Shown here piece after piece: positions 34,629-49,020 of a stretch of DNA of 64,000 bases. The notes under the pieces were generated by a model. That model did not search any database. It worked only from the letters and a program-made list of their open reading frames with translations, and had not been told where the DNA came from. Positions within the stretch are counted from its first letter, which is position 1; each line of letters begins with the position of its first letter. The position numbers were made by a program, and so were the translations under genes. Source of the DNA: Macrostomum lignano (taxonomy: Eukaryota); assembly GCA_002269645.1 (NCBI GenBank), contig NIVC01003967.1, positions 3,331 to 67,330 on the forward strand, read 5' to 3'.

Positions 34629-35801
34629 ATGGACACTTACAGCGGCGAAAACGCCACGGACTGTATGCAGAGTCTCGAAGATCGCTACAACAGCACCCTG
34701 GGAGTGTGCAGCGCATTTCTACCGGGTGTTGTCACCTTTGCCCGAATCATCATTCCGATGTGGATAGCCCTAGGCGTGCCAGGTTCGCTCCTGAGCTTGC
34801 TGGTGTGGAGCAGCAAGCCGATGCGCTCGTCCTCAAGCGTCTACCTCTGCGCACTGGCTATTCTAGACCTGATGTTCCTGCTCTGCCAGCAGCTGCCGTT
34901 TCACCTGTATTTATACTACGACATCAAGGTAATGTACAATCCACTCATGTGCAGAGCATTCCCAGTGTACAACATGTGGCTGCAGTACCTGTCGCCCCTG
35001 CTAACCCTCGGTTTCACTGTCGAACGCTACATCGGCATCTGTCATCCATTCAGCCGGAAAGAATTCTGCACAGTTCGACGCGCTATTATCGTTGTCTCAT
35101 GCATGACCGTTGCCTGTCTAGTACTGGGCCTAGTGCAGCTGCACTTTTACCGGTACAATCCAGTCGAAGCCACTTGCTCGGAGGATTTGCGAATATTCGA
35201 TCCGAGCACGTTCGAGCATCGGTTCTACAGCGGCTGGTCCAAGCTCACCGAGGTGCTGTTCTTCGCCCTGGCTCCAGTAGCCATTCTAGTCTTCAACATT
35301 CTCGTGCTAGTCGAGGCTCGACGTGTCATCCGGAAACGACCAGCCGGTACTGGTCAGAGAAAATCCGCCGCTACCACGGCCACTCTGCTAACCGTCAGTT
35401 TCTATCAGATTGGCGCGGTGCTACCCGTCACGATTCTATTGTTTGTCGGGCTGGCAATTCTCACCGAGGCGCCGCAGCTTCCGTGCGGCATTTCAGACTC
35501 GGACGCGCTGCATCAAATTACCGATGGCCAGTGGCCGGTGGCCAGGTCCTACCTGACCTACCTGACAGTGAGCCGAATAGTCGACTGTCTGGCTGTCAGT
35601 CATTACGCTATGAAGTTTGTCATCTACCTGGCAACAGGCCAAGGCTTCAGGCGCCAACTGGGTCAAAGCCTGCCGCGCTTCCTGCACTGCGGCAGCGCAG
35701 ACGACTACGACGGGATCCGACAGCACAGGAGTCAACAGCGGAGAAGGAAGCGAGCGGCGAACAGCTGCCTGGCGTCGGATGGTACAGCAATGCTGCCATA
35801 G
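34629..35801 (+). CDS. Intronless class A (rhodopsin-like) GPCR, probable neuropeptide receptor, 390 aa
   Basis: Seven hydrophobic segments; TM1 GVPGSLLS, TM2 LAILD, TM3 FTVERYIGICHP, extracellular Cys pair, TM7 HYAMKFVIY; first ATG at 34629. Confidence 0.9.
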   Translation: MDTYSGENATDCMQSLEDRYNSTLGVCSAFLPGVVTFARIIIPMWIALGVPGSLLSLLVWSSKPMRSSSSVYLCALAILDLMFLLCQQLPFHLYLYYDIKVMYNPLMCRAFPVYNMWLQYLSPLLTLGFTVERYIGICHPFSRKEFCTVRRAIIVVSCMTVACLVLGLVQLHFYRYNPVEATCSEDLRIFDPSTFEHRFYSGWSKLTEVLFFALAPVAILVFNILVLVEARRVIRKRPAGTGQRKSAATTATLLTVSFYQIGAVLPVTILLFVGLAILTEAPQLPCGISDSDALHQITDGQWPVARSYLTYLTVSRIVDCLAVSHYAMKFVIYLATGQGFRRQLGQSLPRFLHCGSADDYDGIRQHRSQQRRRKRAANSCLASDGTAMLP

Positions 35802-36000
35802 AAACTGACATTTTGTTGAATAGTTCACGGTAAATGTGCATGCATTGACTTCTCCACTCTGTAATTCTAAGTGTATGATATAAAAAAGGAAAATAAATTC
35901 TATTGACTTTCAGTAGCGTGCTAACAGTAGCAATGATGCCCATTTTTAGGGCTCCTTAATTATATTCAAATCAGTCATTCAGTCGGTAACAGATAGATAT

Positions 36001-36035
36001 TTAGGTTAGTTAGTTCGTCAGTTAGTTAGTCAGTC

Positions 36036-36090
<55 letters not shown>

Positions 36091-36215
36091 CAGTCAGTTA
36101 GTTAGTTAGTGAGTCAGATATTTAGTTAGTTAGTTAGTTAGTTAGCTAGTTAGTTAGTTAGTTAGTTAGTTAGATATTTATTTAGTTAGTTAGTTAGTCA
36201 GTCAGATATTTAGTT
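36001..36215. repeat. (TTAG)n/(TCAG)n microsatellite
   Basis: Direct reading. Confidence 0.9.
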
Positions 36216-36528
36216 ATTCGGTCGTTTATTGTTCCTACCTAAAAATAGAATCGCATTGGGAACAAATAATGACAGCTAAGCTGATAAAGTTAGGGAATCG
36301 AATACAAAAGATAATTTTTGTCTAAACCGAAAATACCTTCGGATAGTAAAGCTTACAAATATTTAGCAAAACACAAAAACATGTGACGTCGAAAATATCT
36401 TTAGGATAATACAGAAAATATCTGCATTAGGCCGGCTTCAAGGACTAGAGACGAGAAAAAATATGGCTTCCATGATATGTAAGGTTATTGAAATCCCACA
36501 AGAAAAAAAGAATCGACATCGAATGTAC

Positions 36529-37146
36529 AGCTGAATCTTATCCATATCTATCGGCTGAATCTCATCTATATCTATTAGCTGAATCTCATCTATATCTATC
36601 AGCTGAATCTCATCTATATCTATCAGCTGAATCTCATCTATATCTATCAGCTGAATCTCATCCATATCTATCAGCTGAATCTCATCTATATCTATCAGCT
36701 GAATCTCATCCATATCTATCAGCTGAATCTCATCTATATCTATCAGCTGAATCTCATCTATATCTATCAGCTGAATCTCATCTATATCTATCAGCTGAAT
36801 CTCATCCATATCTATCAGCTGAATCTCATCTATATCTATCAGCTGAATCTCATCCATATCTATCAGCTGAATCTCATCTATATCTATCAGCTGAATCTCA
36901 TCTATATCTATCAGCTGAATCTCATCCATATCTATCAGCTGAATCTCATCTATATCTATCAGCTGAATCTCATCTATATCTATCAGCTGAATCTCATCCA
37001 TATCTATCAGCTGAATCTCATCCATATCTATCAGCTGAATCTCATCCATATCTATCAGCTGAATCTCATCTATATCTATCAGCTGAATCTCATCTATATC
37101 TATCAGCTGAATCTCATCTATATCTATCAGCTAAATCTCATCCATC
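36529..37146. repeat. 24-bp minisatellite (~26 copies)
   Basis: Unit AGCTGAATCTCATC(T/C)ATATCTATC. Confidence 0.95.
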
Positions 37147-37629
37147 TCTAAAACATTATGCAGATTAGGATAAAAAATAAATCATAAAACAGAGCAGAAC
37201 TATTTCACAGGCATTTCCAGCTTAATGCTAAGTTTGTTTTAATTACACTTTTGCAGATAAGGTCGGTATATTTTACAATGGGAAATTCAACCAAAAGACA
37301 AAAAGTACAAAGTTAAGAGAGGAAAATGTTTATAAGAAAAATAGCATATATTCTTAGTATAGGCGTACGAGTATACCATTGTACATACATAGTGTTGAAA
37401 GTAAATGTGTATAAATGCTTCATATAAAAGTTCACACGTACTTTTATGCGCAAATATATTAAAAAAGCATGCAAAACTTCAACAACATAAGATAAGTGTG
37501 CCATTTCAAACTTACGCCTACACGGTGAATTGCAGCCTACAATCACCGAATCTCACATTAAATCCTACAAATTCTAGGATTCTCAAGTCCAAAGAATTTT
37601 GAAATTCCAAGGACATACCAAATCTTTTT

Positions 37630-37970
37630 GAATCTCACCCTAAAACCACAATCTTACCCTGAAATTATAATCTCAGCCTAGAATCGAAATCTCACCCTAG
37701 AATCACAATCTCACCCTCGAATCACAAGCTCACCCTAGAATCACAATCTCACTATAGAATCACAATCTCACCCTAAAATCACAATCTCACTATAGAACCA
37801 CAATCTCATCCTATAATTAAAATCTCGACCTAGAATCACAGTCTCACCCTGAGATAACAATCTCACCCTAGAATCAAAATCTAACCCTAAAATTGTTAAA
37901 ATCTCGCCCTAAATCAGTAAATTCTCACCCTTAGGCACGAATATCTCACCCTAAAATCACAAAATCTCAC
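37630..37970. repeat. Degenerate ~19-bp tandem repeat
   Basis: Recurring ATCTCACCCTAGAATCACA. Confidence 0.8.
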
Positions 37971-38012
37971 AGGCCCAGCTTATATCCCGAAAAATTGTCT
38001 CACTATAAAAAG

Positions 38013-41000
38013 TCAGACATCCTCGCCAAGGAAGCGCCTGGTCTTACGCAGAGCAGCCTCAACATCCGGCACACCACCCGCCGGTGGTCCATCATCGCGC
38101 AGAGCATTCCGAATTTTCTCCAACTCAAAGCGAGCCTCCTCAGGCGACGGTCCGAATTCGACTTCGTAGAATCTGCCCCGATCTGAGCTGTTCAACCACA
38201 TGGACCACTCCACAGCCGCTCGAGCATATTTGCTGTAGATCGACGGCGGTTCCGACAGGTTCAACGTCAATTCGCTACCGTCTCGAGCGAGCAGACGAGC
38301 AAAGCCCATCGGCGGCAGGTCGATAGGAGGCGCCAATGCAACTCGGCTACAGGCGGCTGGGAGAAGCTCCGGCCTCAGCTGGATGGCGTAGTCTAGCTGG
38401 ACTCGATCATCGAATACGATTCGTGCACGGCCATTGACGTTGACAGAGAATCGACCGACGCCAGGCACTTGGCGACAGTCGAGACCCACAGCTGGCTTCA
38501 CGTCAGACTCTGTTGGCTGGAGAGATAAATGCGTCATGTACTATGTATACATTATGGGGATTACCGCTTGAACACACGATGGGAATTACCACTTAAATAC
38601 ACGATGGGGATTCCCGCTTGAACACACGATGGGGATTCCCGCTTGAACACACGGTGGGGATTTCTCCCTTGAACACACGATGGGGATTCCCACTTGAACA
38701 CACGATGGGGATTTCTCCCTTGAACACACGATGGGGATTCCCACTTGAACACACGATGGGGATTTCTCCCTTGAACACACGACGGGGATTCCCACTTGAA
38801 CACACGATGGGAATTACCACTTAAATACACGATGGGGATTCCCGCTTGAACACAAGATGGGGATTTCTCCCTTGAACACACGATGGGGATTCCCGCTTGA
38901 ACACACGATGGGGATTCCCGCTTGAACACACGATGGGGATTTCTCCCTTGAACACATGATGGGGATTCCCGCTTGAACACACGATGGGGATTTCTCCCTT
39001 GAACACACGATGGGGATTCCCGCTTGAACACACGGTGGGGATTTCTCCCTTGAACACACGATGGGGATTCCCGCTTGAACACACGGTGGGGATTTCTCCC
39101 TTGAACACACGATGGGGATTCCCACTTGAACACACGATGGGGATTTCTCCCTTGAACACACGATGGGGATTCCCACTTGAACACACGATGGGAATTACCA
39201 CTTAAATACACGATGGGGATTCCCGCTTGAACACAAGATGGAAATTTCTCCCTTGAACACACGATGGGGATTTCTCCCTTGAACACACGATGGGGATTTC
39301 TCCCTTGAACACACGATGGGGATTCCCGCTTGAATACACAGTGGGAATTCCCAATTAAAAACGCAAAATGAGGATTCCCACTTAACACGCAATGGGAATT
39401 CCCTCTTGAACACAAGATGGGGATTCCCACTTGAACATACGGTGGGGATTTCCACTTGAATAAAAGATGGGGATTCCCCCTTGAATACACGATGGGAATT
39501 CCCCCTTGAACACAAGACGAGGATTCCCGCTTGAACACACGATGGGAATTCCCGCTTAAACACACGATGGGATTCCCGCTTGAACACACGATGAGAAATC
39601 CCGCTTAAACACACGATGGGAATTCCCGCTTGAACACACGCTGGGGATTCCCACTTAAACACAAGATGGGGGTTCTCACTTAAATACACGGTGGGGATTC
39701 CCACTTGAATAAAAGATGGGGATTCCCCCTTGAATACACGATGGGAATTCCCCCTTGAACACAAGATGAGGATTCCCCCTTGAATACACGATGAGAATTC
39801 CCACTCGAATACAGGATGGGGATTCCCGCTTAAACACACGATGGGGATTCCCACTTGAATACACGATGAGAATTCCTGCTTGAATACACGATGGGAATTC
39901 CTACTTAAAAGCACACTTCTCAAAAAGCAACTACGCAATAAAATTGATATTAAAAAAGCTAACTTACGTCAACATCTCGATCGTCTTGATCGATATTCCA
40001 ACAGCACTGAGCCGGAACTGACAACTGAGACTGCTCAGCTTCGATGGCCAGCAGTGAGCACAGAGCAGCAGCTCTCTTAACAGTCCGAGCCAGATACTGG
40101 TCGCTGCTGCCTCCGCCGCCCCGACAGACCAGATCCGCAGTACGGCACCAGCTCTGCGACCCGTCGCCAGCTAAGCGTTCAAAATAAGCGCCGCGTAGGT
40201 CGCGAGAAATCAAAACGGATTTGTCGCCAGGTTGCACCAGAACTGCTGGCGAGGCAGCGCCACTGCCGCTGCTGCGTCTAGCGAGTCTGATGATGGAGAT
40301 TGGGCGAAACATGAAGATTGGCCTTTATGGGCGTGAATCGCAGAAAACCCCACCTGGACAATTCTCGAATCTTCCAGGCCGTCAGGAAGAACAAGCATAA
40401 TAGATATTTCACAAATTTATCCAATTCAACTTGCAGATCTGTTTACACTACTAACAGTAGGCTCGCTTGCAAATCACCTGTACACGACGCCATCTCGGCA
40501 GACGATGCGTATGGATTTCAGCTCAGGCGCCGCCGCAGACAGCCATTGAAGGCCCGAAGGTGGAGTTGGAGCTGAGGATGCGCCGAAACCGAACTCGTGC
40601 AGATGTGGCTGACGACAGCGGCGGGGCACTGGCTGAGTACGGGGAGTGGCCACCGCCCACCGCGACCCGGACTGGCCTCTGTGTGATAATTTATTAACCA
40701 ATATGTATGCATAGGTGTGATGACTTACCATTTAGGATTGTGAAATCAGCGAACTCAAATAGCGCATGCTTTACGAATTCAGTTATAATGCGATTCACTA
40801 ATTCAGAGACACAGATTCACTGATTCCGAAATACAGATTCACCAATTCAGAGATACAGATTCACCAATTCAGAGATACAGATTCACCAATTCAGAGACAC
40901 GGATTCACTGATTCAGAAATACAGATTCACCAATTCAGAGATACAGATTCACCAATTCAGAGATACAGATTCACCAATTCAGAGACACGGATTCACTGAT

Positions 41001-44000
41001 TCAGAAATACAGATTCACCAATTCAGAGATACAGATTCACCAATTCAGAGATACGGATTCACCAATTCAGAGATACGGTTTCACTAATTCAGAGATACGG
41101 TTTTACCAATTTAGAGACACGGATTCACTGATTCAGAAATACAGATTCACCAATTCAGAGATACAGATTCACCAATTCAGAGACACGGATTCACTGATTC
41201 AGAAATACAGATTCACCAATTCAGAGATACAGATTCACCAATTCAGAGATACGGATTCACCAATTCAGAGATACAGATTCACCAATTCAGAGATACAGAT
41301 TCACCAATTCAGAGACACGGATTCACTGATTCAGAAATACAGATTCACCAATTCAGAGATACAGATTCACCAATTCAGAGACACGGATTCACTGATTCAG
41401 AAATACAGATTCACCAATTCAGAGATACAGATTCACCAATTCAGAGATACGGATTCACCAATTCAGAGATACGGTTTCACTAATTCAGAGATACGGTTTT
41501 ACCAATTCAGAGATACAGATTCACTAATTCAGAGATACAGATTCACCAATTTAGAGACACGGATTCACTGATTCAGAAATACAGATTCACCAATTCAGAG
41601 ATACAGATTCACCAATTCAGAGATACAGATTCACCAATTCAGAAATACAGATTCACCAATTCAGAGATACAGATTCACCAATTCAGAGATACAGATTCAC
41701 CAATTCAGAGATACAGATTCACCAATTCAGAAATACAGATTCACTAATTCAGAGATTCGGATTCACCAATTCAGAGATACAGATTCACCAATTCAGAGAC
41801 ATGGATTCACTGATTCAGAGATACAGATTCACCAATTCAGAGATACAGATTCACCAATTCAGAGATACAGATTCCCCAATTCAGAGATACAGATTCACCA
41901 ATTCAAAGATACAGATTCACCAATTCAGAAATACAGATTCACCAATTCAAAGATACAGATTCACCAATTCAGAAATACAGATTCACCAATTCAGAGATAC
42001 AAATTCGCCAATTCAGAAATACAGATTCACCAATTCAGAGATACAGATTCACCAATTCATAGATACAGATTCACCAATTCAGAGATACAGATTCGCCAAT
42101 TCAGAAATACAGATTCACCAATTCAGAGATACAGATTCACCAATTCAGAGATACAGATTCCCCAATTCAGAAATACAGATTCACCAATTCAAAGATACAG
42201 ATTCACCAATTCAGAAATACAGATTCACCAATTCAGAGATACAAATTCACCAATTCAGAAATACAGATTCACTAATTCAGAGATTCGGATTCACCAATTC
42301 AGAGATACAGATTCACCAATTCAGAGACACGGATTCACTGATTCAGAAATACAGATTCACCAATTCAGAGATACAGATTCACAAATTCAGAGACACAGAT
42401 TCACCAATTCAGAGATACAGATTCACCAATTCAGAGATACAGATTCACCAATTCAGAGATACAGATTCCCCAATTCAGAGATACAGATTCACCAATTCAA
42501 AGATACAGATTCACCAATTCAGAAATACAGATTCACCAATTCAGAGATACAAATTCGCCAATTCAGAAATAAAGATTCACCAATTCAGAGATACAGATTC
42601 ACCAATTCATAGATACAGATTCACCAATTCAGAGATACAGATTCGCCAATTCAGAAATACAGATTCACTAATTCAGAGATTCGGATTCACCAATTCAGAG
42701 ATACAGATTCACCAATTCAGAGACATGGATTCACTGATTCAGAAATACAGATTCACCAATTCAGAGATACAGATTCACCAATTCAGAGATACAGATTCAC
42801 CAATTCAGAGATACGGATTTACCAATTCAGAGACACAGATTCACCAATTCAGAGATACAGATTCACCAATTCAGAGATACGGATTCACCAATTCAGAGAT
42901 ACGGTTTCACTAATTCAGAGATCCGGATCTACCAATTCAGAAATTCGGACATGTCAACTCAGATAGGATATTCACTGAACTCGAACTAATAGAAGAAAAA
43001 GTCATAGTAGAGAAAGCATTAAACTTTACCTACCTAGCTCCCAAATCAGGCCAATGTCCTATGTGGTTTATTTGAACCAATCGACCAAACTTTTCCGGCG
43101 TTGTTGCGGCGTCAAACGGTTGGCCAAGAGCCAAACCGACAGGAACCTGAAATTGATTGGTTGACTGAGAAAATGAAACTCAAACTTTTAGTCTAGGGGC
43201 CAATCTGGGGGCGCCAATGTTAAGAAAAATGTATTATTAAATGTACGTATGAGGGTATCCAATCTAGGGTGCTAGGGGGCGCCAATCCGGGTGCTAGGTG
43301 AGGCGCCAATCCGGGTGCTAGGTGAGGCGCCAATCTGGGTGCTGGGGAGGCGCCAATCCAAGTGCTAGGGGAGGCGCCAATCTGGTTGCTAGGAGAGGCG
43401 CCAATCTGGGTGCTGGGGGAGGCGCCAATCTGGGTGCTAGGGGAGGCGCCAATCTGGTTGCTAGGAGAGGCGCCAATCTGGGTGCTGGGAGAGGCGCCAA
43501 TCCAGGTACTAGAGGAGGCGCCAATCCAGGTACTAGGGGAGGCGCCAATCTAGGTGCTGGGAGGGGCGCCAATTCAGGTGCTAGGGGAGGCGCCAATCCA
43601 GTTACTAGGGGAGGCGCCAATCTGGGTGCTAGGAGAGGCGCCAATCCAGGTACTAGGGGAGGCGCCAATCTGGGTGCTAGGAGAGGCGCCAATCTGGGTG
43701 CTGGGAGAGGCGCCAATCCAGGTACTAGGGGAGGCGCCAATCTAGGTGCTAGGGGAGGCGCCAATCAGGCGCCAATCTGGGTGCTGGAAAAGGCGCCAAT
43801 CTGGGTGCTAGGTGAGGCGCCAATCTGGGTATTAGGTGAGGCGCCAATCTGGGTGCTGGGGGAGGCGCCAATCCGGGTGCTAGGTGAGGCGCCAATCTGG
43901 GTGCTAGGTGAGGCGCTAATCTGGGTGCTAGGGGAGGCGCCAATCTGGGTGCTGGGAGAGGCGCCAATCCAGGTACTAGGGGAGGCGCCAATCTGGGTGC

Positions 44001-45812
44001 TAGGAGAGGCGCCAATCCAGGTACTAGGAAAGGCGCCAATCTGGGTGCTAGGAGAGGCGCCAATCTGGGTGCTGGGAGAGGCGCCAATCCAGGTACTAGG
44101 GGAGGCGCCAATCTAGGTGCTAGGGGAGGCGCCAATCAGGCGCCAATCTGGGTGCTGGAAAAGGCGCCAATCTGGGTGCTAGGTGAGGCGCCAATCTGGG
44201 TGCTGGGGAGGCGCCAATCCGGGTGCTAGGTGAGGCGCCAATCTGGGTGCTAGGTGAGGCGCTAATCTGGGTGCTAGGGGAGGCGCCAATCTGGGTGCTA
44301 GGAGAGGCGCCAATCCGGGTGCTAGGTGAGGCGCCAATCTGGGTGCTAGGTGAGGCGCTAATCTGGGTGCTAGGGGAGGCGCTAATCTGGGTGCTAGGAG
44401 AGGCGCCAATCCAGGTACTAGGGGAGGCGCCAATCTGGGTGCTAGGAGAGGCGCCAATCTGGGTGCTGGGAGAGGCGCCAATCCAGGTACTAGGGGAGGC
44501 GCCAATCTGTGTGCTAGGGGAGGCGCCAATCAGGCGCCAATCTGGGTGCTGGAAGAGGTGCCAATTTGGGTGCTGGGAGAGGCGCCAATCTGGGTGCTAG
44601 GGGAGGCGCCAATCTGGGTGCTGGGAGAGGCGCCAATCTGGGTGCTGGGAGAGGCGCCAGTCTGGGTGCTAGGGGAGGCGCCAGTCTGGGTGCTAGGGGA
44701 GGCGCCAGTCTGGGTGCTAGGGGAGGCGCCAATACCTCACAAAAAATCAACTCTCTCACAATCCAACAATCCGGAAGATCTTCTCCCGGCATGAGCGACA
44801 GCTTCAGCCAAGTGGTACGAAATCGGCCCTCCTGCTCTTCAGGGGCAGTTGAAAGTCTGGTGGAAAATTCTGCGCAAATTTCTCGCCCATTGGCTGACAC
44901 CGTAAGAAAGGCGCGCCCGTCTATTGAGGAAAATCTGTTGATTTTGGCAAGTTTATTCCATTATTTTTAAATAAAAAATAATTTACATTTCTACCCATCC
45001 ACTACTTTCTTTACTTATAGTAGTAAGTAAAGAAGAACTGCATTATTTTAAGTAATAAAGAAACCAAAAAAATTATGTCGTATCGTTTTGTATGTCAGCC
45101 AGACTGTCAGTCAGTCAGAAACCCACTCAAGTCAGTCAGTCAGTCAGCCACTCACTCAAGTCAGTCAGTCAGTCAGCCACTCACTCAAGACTGTCAGTCA
45201 GTCAGCCACCCACTCAATTAAGTCAGTCAGTCAGTCAGTCAGTCAGTCAGTCAGTCAGTCAGTCAGTCAGTCAGTCAGTCAGTCAGCAAAATGCTTACCT
45301 AGTTGACCTTCCTAGTTGCCAATCGCTTGGATCGGATGGCCAATAAAAGTGGCTGCTATCAAACAACTCATCATCATAGTTGCTGGCCCATTCAACTCCG
45401 TGACGCATCAGTGACGGCAGCAGGCAGGGTTGCCAAGCAAACATGTTGCGGAGATGCAGCGCTTCGGCCACTTTGCCGTGAAATCTACTAGTAGCAAATT
45501 CCGATTTCTGTTGAATTGTTCGGCTACCCGAGGTGTCTGAAAAACAATAAAGATGATATATGACTTCTGCAACTCTCAGGGATCTCACCGCAAAATTCAG
45601 CATCTTCGATATACAACTAAATTATAAATACATTACTAAAGTAATCGATAAAAAGCTTACCAAGCAGAGAAACTTCATGCGGCGGCAATTCAAACTGAAA
45701 CACAGTGCCGCATGGTGACAATTGAAGTGTAGACTCATCACTGTACTCAACTAACACAGCATCATTTGAGTACACAACAAACAGCACTGGTATGGGCTCT
45801 GATTCTGGAACC
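38013..45812 (-). CDS. C5orf34: C5orf34 homologue (DUF4524/DUF4520-like); 7 exons recognised: ~45812-45661, 45536-45299, 44934-44760, 43146-43034, 40678-40478, 40322-39968, 38516-38013; start exon not located
   Basis: GT-AG junctions with consistent phases. Segments match human C5orf34 as recalled: STLQLSPCG, ALHLRN, SIDGRAFL, CWIVPVGLAL, CRQPHLH, DGVVYR, GDKSVL, QCCW, PGVGRF, ELEKI, ALRKT. Confidence 0.85.
38560..39905. repeat. 25/26-bp minisatellite in a C5orf34 intron
   Basis: Units GATGGGGATTCCCGCTTGAACACAC / GATGGGGATTTCTCCCTTGAACACAC. Confidence 0.93.
40795..42945. repeat. 22-bp minisatellite (~2.1 kb) in a C5orf34 intron
   Basis: Unit GATTCACCAATTCAGAGATACA. Confidence 0.95.
43275..44733. 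repeat. 24-bp minisatellite with GGCGCC core in a C5orf34 intron
   Basis: Unit GAGGCGCCAATCTGGGTGCTAGGG. Confidence 0.95.
45100..45286. repeat. (CAGT)n microsatellite in a C5orf34 intron
   Basis: Direct reading. Confidence 0.9.
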
Positions 45813-46858
45813 TTAGAGGTGTCTTTTTCGCCGATTTTAATTAGTGATGATGCCTGAAATGATGAATTATTGATTGTAGTATTTTATTGCTCTAAAATAG
45901 GGGTCTATTGGGTCATTTTGAAACTTTAAACTGACAAATGGCAATCCTGTTTACATAAAATTTGTATCTCTTCTTAAGTTATTTCGTTCATTTCCTTTCC
46001 TTTCTCTCCCCTTTTTGTATTTCCTCCTGTATCTCTCTTCTAGTCCCAACTTAAGCCACTTTTAACCTATCAAGGGGCCTAATCATAATCAATTCAGTGG
46101 AGATACAAATAGGGAATACAAAATCCTAAGTTTGACTTTGAAAATCCCAGGATTCTTGGGAAAGTTTAAAAAAAATAAAAAAGTAAAGTTTATAATCTTT
46201 GTTGGTGCAATTTTGGTTTACAAAGCCATCTAATCTGATTTTAAAGGGCTTTAAAAATATAGTAGAACAGTAAATCAAAATTGCTAACAAGAAATTGATA
46301 GTGAGCTCTGAATTGGAGTGTGATATATGGGCTGGTGTAATAGACTTGTTTTTTATATACCAATATAAGCACAAGAAAATCACACTTGATTGTGATTGTG
46401 ATGTCACCTGCATAGGAGAATGATAGCTTACAGAGCTACAGCCTGAGGTATTGACACCAGGGTAAAAGGGGATCAGACATTCCCTCCCAGGGGCACCCGC
46501 CTTAGAAGGAGAATTGGTAGCTTTGGTTCTGGTCCAATAGCAAGGTCCCACTGTTCTAATCCCAACTATAGCCAAGGAGTTTTGAAGTTATGGACTGCTT
46601 AAAGTACATGTAGTTCTGCCACCAACCCTATGCTGGGCATCTAAAGGGTGTCCTAACAGTGCTGAGAACAAGGTCTTTTGCATAGGGGGCTTCTGATCTA
46701 TGCAAGGTCAAGACCCCCTAATTTAGCTAGGTTTGAGATACAGGAAAAGTTCAAATGAACAATGATTTGACTCTTATCTAGCAAGCTATAGCACTTTGAT
46801 AGGAAACAATGGGGTATTGGCTAGTGTTCCGCTGTAAGGGAGGTCCATGGGCCATAGC

Positions 46859-48178
46859 CAGTGTTGGGCAAAGTTCTGGCACTTCTGGCACTTTTAGTAC
46901 CGGAAGTTACTTTTTTTTAAAGGGGCACTTTTTTCCGGTTCTTTTTTTTTAGAATGCTGGACTTCGGTAACGGAAGTTACTTTTTGATAAGTCCGGTCCT
47001 CCGGTACTTGAACATGAAATTTTTGGTGCCAAACAGTCAATTTAATGCTAAATATTTCCCAAAAGCACAAAACTTTCACCAAAATGCTTGCAGTACAGTT
47101 ATAAAAGGTAAAAGATGATCATAGATCATGTGGTTTTTTATTTTTAAGTTAAAGGACGTTTTAAGCATCATATACAATCAGAATGAAGTACGTGTAGTTA
47201 ATGGCAACTACTAATGCGGAAACAAGATGCATTCAAAACAATAAACATCCTTGTTTAACAACTCCTTGCAAGTTTTCTAACAAGCAATAACTACATGTAG
47301 CAGTACATCAAGATGCTATTAACACTCGTGATTCGTGGAACATTTTTTGAAGGCCGATTTCCTCATTTCAATGTTTGTGCAGGAAGACACAAGTAATGCA
47401 TTCTAAGAAGCTGGTTTTGAGTTTTAACTCTTTTGAGGCTAATTTTAATTTTTTGATTGCAGCGCAAAGGCACTATTAATTCAAGCTATTTTAAAGTCTT
47501 GTGCATTGGTTCATCTATCAAATTCCAGCCATTTGTTGTTCAACATCTTCTTTGTTAATTGTTAACTGGCATTTCTAAGGCTGCTAGAATATTATTTTTG
47601 ACTATAAATGATCCAGCAGTACAAAAGTACTTACACTACTGTAAAAGTATGCTGCCATAAAACTACAGCATAATCTATAGTAGGGCGACGAGAATGGCCC
47701 ACACAAACTAAAAGTCGCCTTAAGTATTCTACACTGATCATTGTGACACATCTATTGGACAAAAATTACTTCTCAAGAGTCAGAATCAACATTTGAAAAT
47801 TGGCCTCCAATTTTTTTCTACGAATCGCGAGTGATTCATCCTGATGTACTCCTAATCTTTTTTGTAAAGGTATTGTATATTCACTCAAATTTTGGATGCG
47901 ATAATAACAAAAAACATTATGTAGCATCTTTATTTGAGGAATAACATCGTGTTTAACTCAAGACCAACACATTTTTTTTTTGTTTTTCTCACAAAGACAT
48001 GTTTAAGTACTTTTTAATTGGCGGTTATTTAAAATTAGAAAGGACCGGTAACGGAAGTACCGGAAGTTACTTTTTTTAAAAAGTACCGGTACCAGAACAA
48101 GTGTCAGAAGTTACTTTCCTTGGAACTGGAAGTTACTTAACCGGAAATTACTTTTTCAGAGTAACTTGCCCAACACTG
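46859..48178. mobile_element. Non-autonomous hAT DNA transposon, 1320 bp
   Basis: TIR CAGTGTTGGGCAA (13 bp perfect), perfect 8-bp TSD GCCATAGC, subterminal GGAAGTTACTTT repeats at both ends; no long ORF. Confidence 0.88.
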
Positions 48179-49020
48179 GCCATAGCCATAGCCATAAGCA
48201 AAAATATAGCTTATTTTAATTCTTTATATTCTGTAATTGTAGCCATAGCCATAGTTTTAACAAAAAGTCTAGGAAACAAAATATTTTTAATCAAGAAGAT
48301 AACCTGGTGTTTAAACAACTGCAAATTAAGTTAGAAAATAAAACAAATACTTGATTGCCTTTGTAAGATTATATTTCATCTTTTTTACAAAGAGTAACAA
48401 TACTTAATCACAACTGAAAGTACTAATGCTGAACTTTTTCACATTGATAAAAGTTAGAGTTTGCTAGTGTTTTATTGTACTTTATTAGTATAACCTATAA
48501 GTTTTTAAGTCTATAATATAGTTTACCAAATTATCTTTGTTTTAGAGCCTACTTTACCTGTTTCTAATATTTTTTTTAAATTAATAACTATGGCTATAGG
48601 AATCTATGGAATGTGATAACTATGTGATAACTATATTTCCATAGTTGTAAGAGCAGCTATCTACAATATAGGCATATCTATAGTTGCCATAGGCACTTGT
48701 TTTACCATATTTGCTATAAGATCCTGCAGCCATAGCTATGGCAGAATACTAGTATTGGCCTCTATTGCTTTAAGCTCTGTGTATAGAATAAAGAACACAA
48801 TAAGTTTCAGAATTATTATTACATTAGTCTATGAGTACCATATATATATATATAATTAAACATACATTATTACACTTAATCTCCTTATAATCTGCCAACA
48901 GCTTTAGTTTTGTATCCCTGCATCCTTGGTCTTTTTACTAGCCTATATGCTAAAAAGATAAATAAATCAAAGCAGGACAACTAGGTTATAATTTTACCTA
49001 ACAAATAGCTCAGCTGCAGA

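Noticed and set aside
34706-35833. 375-aa alternative-frame ORF and antisense ORFs over the GPCR, ENaC and nicotinic genes
   Set aside because: Shadow frames of GC-rich coding sequence, with no motifs
36438-44600. Long periodic ORFs (AESHLYLS, SSCVQG, QIHQFRD, LGEAPIWV)
   Set aside because: All coincide with minisatellites, most inside introns of the C5orf34 homologue; no codon or domain support
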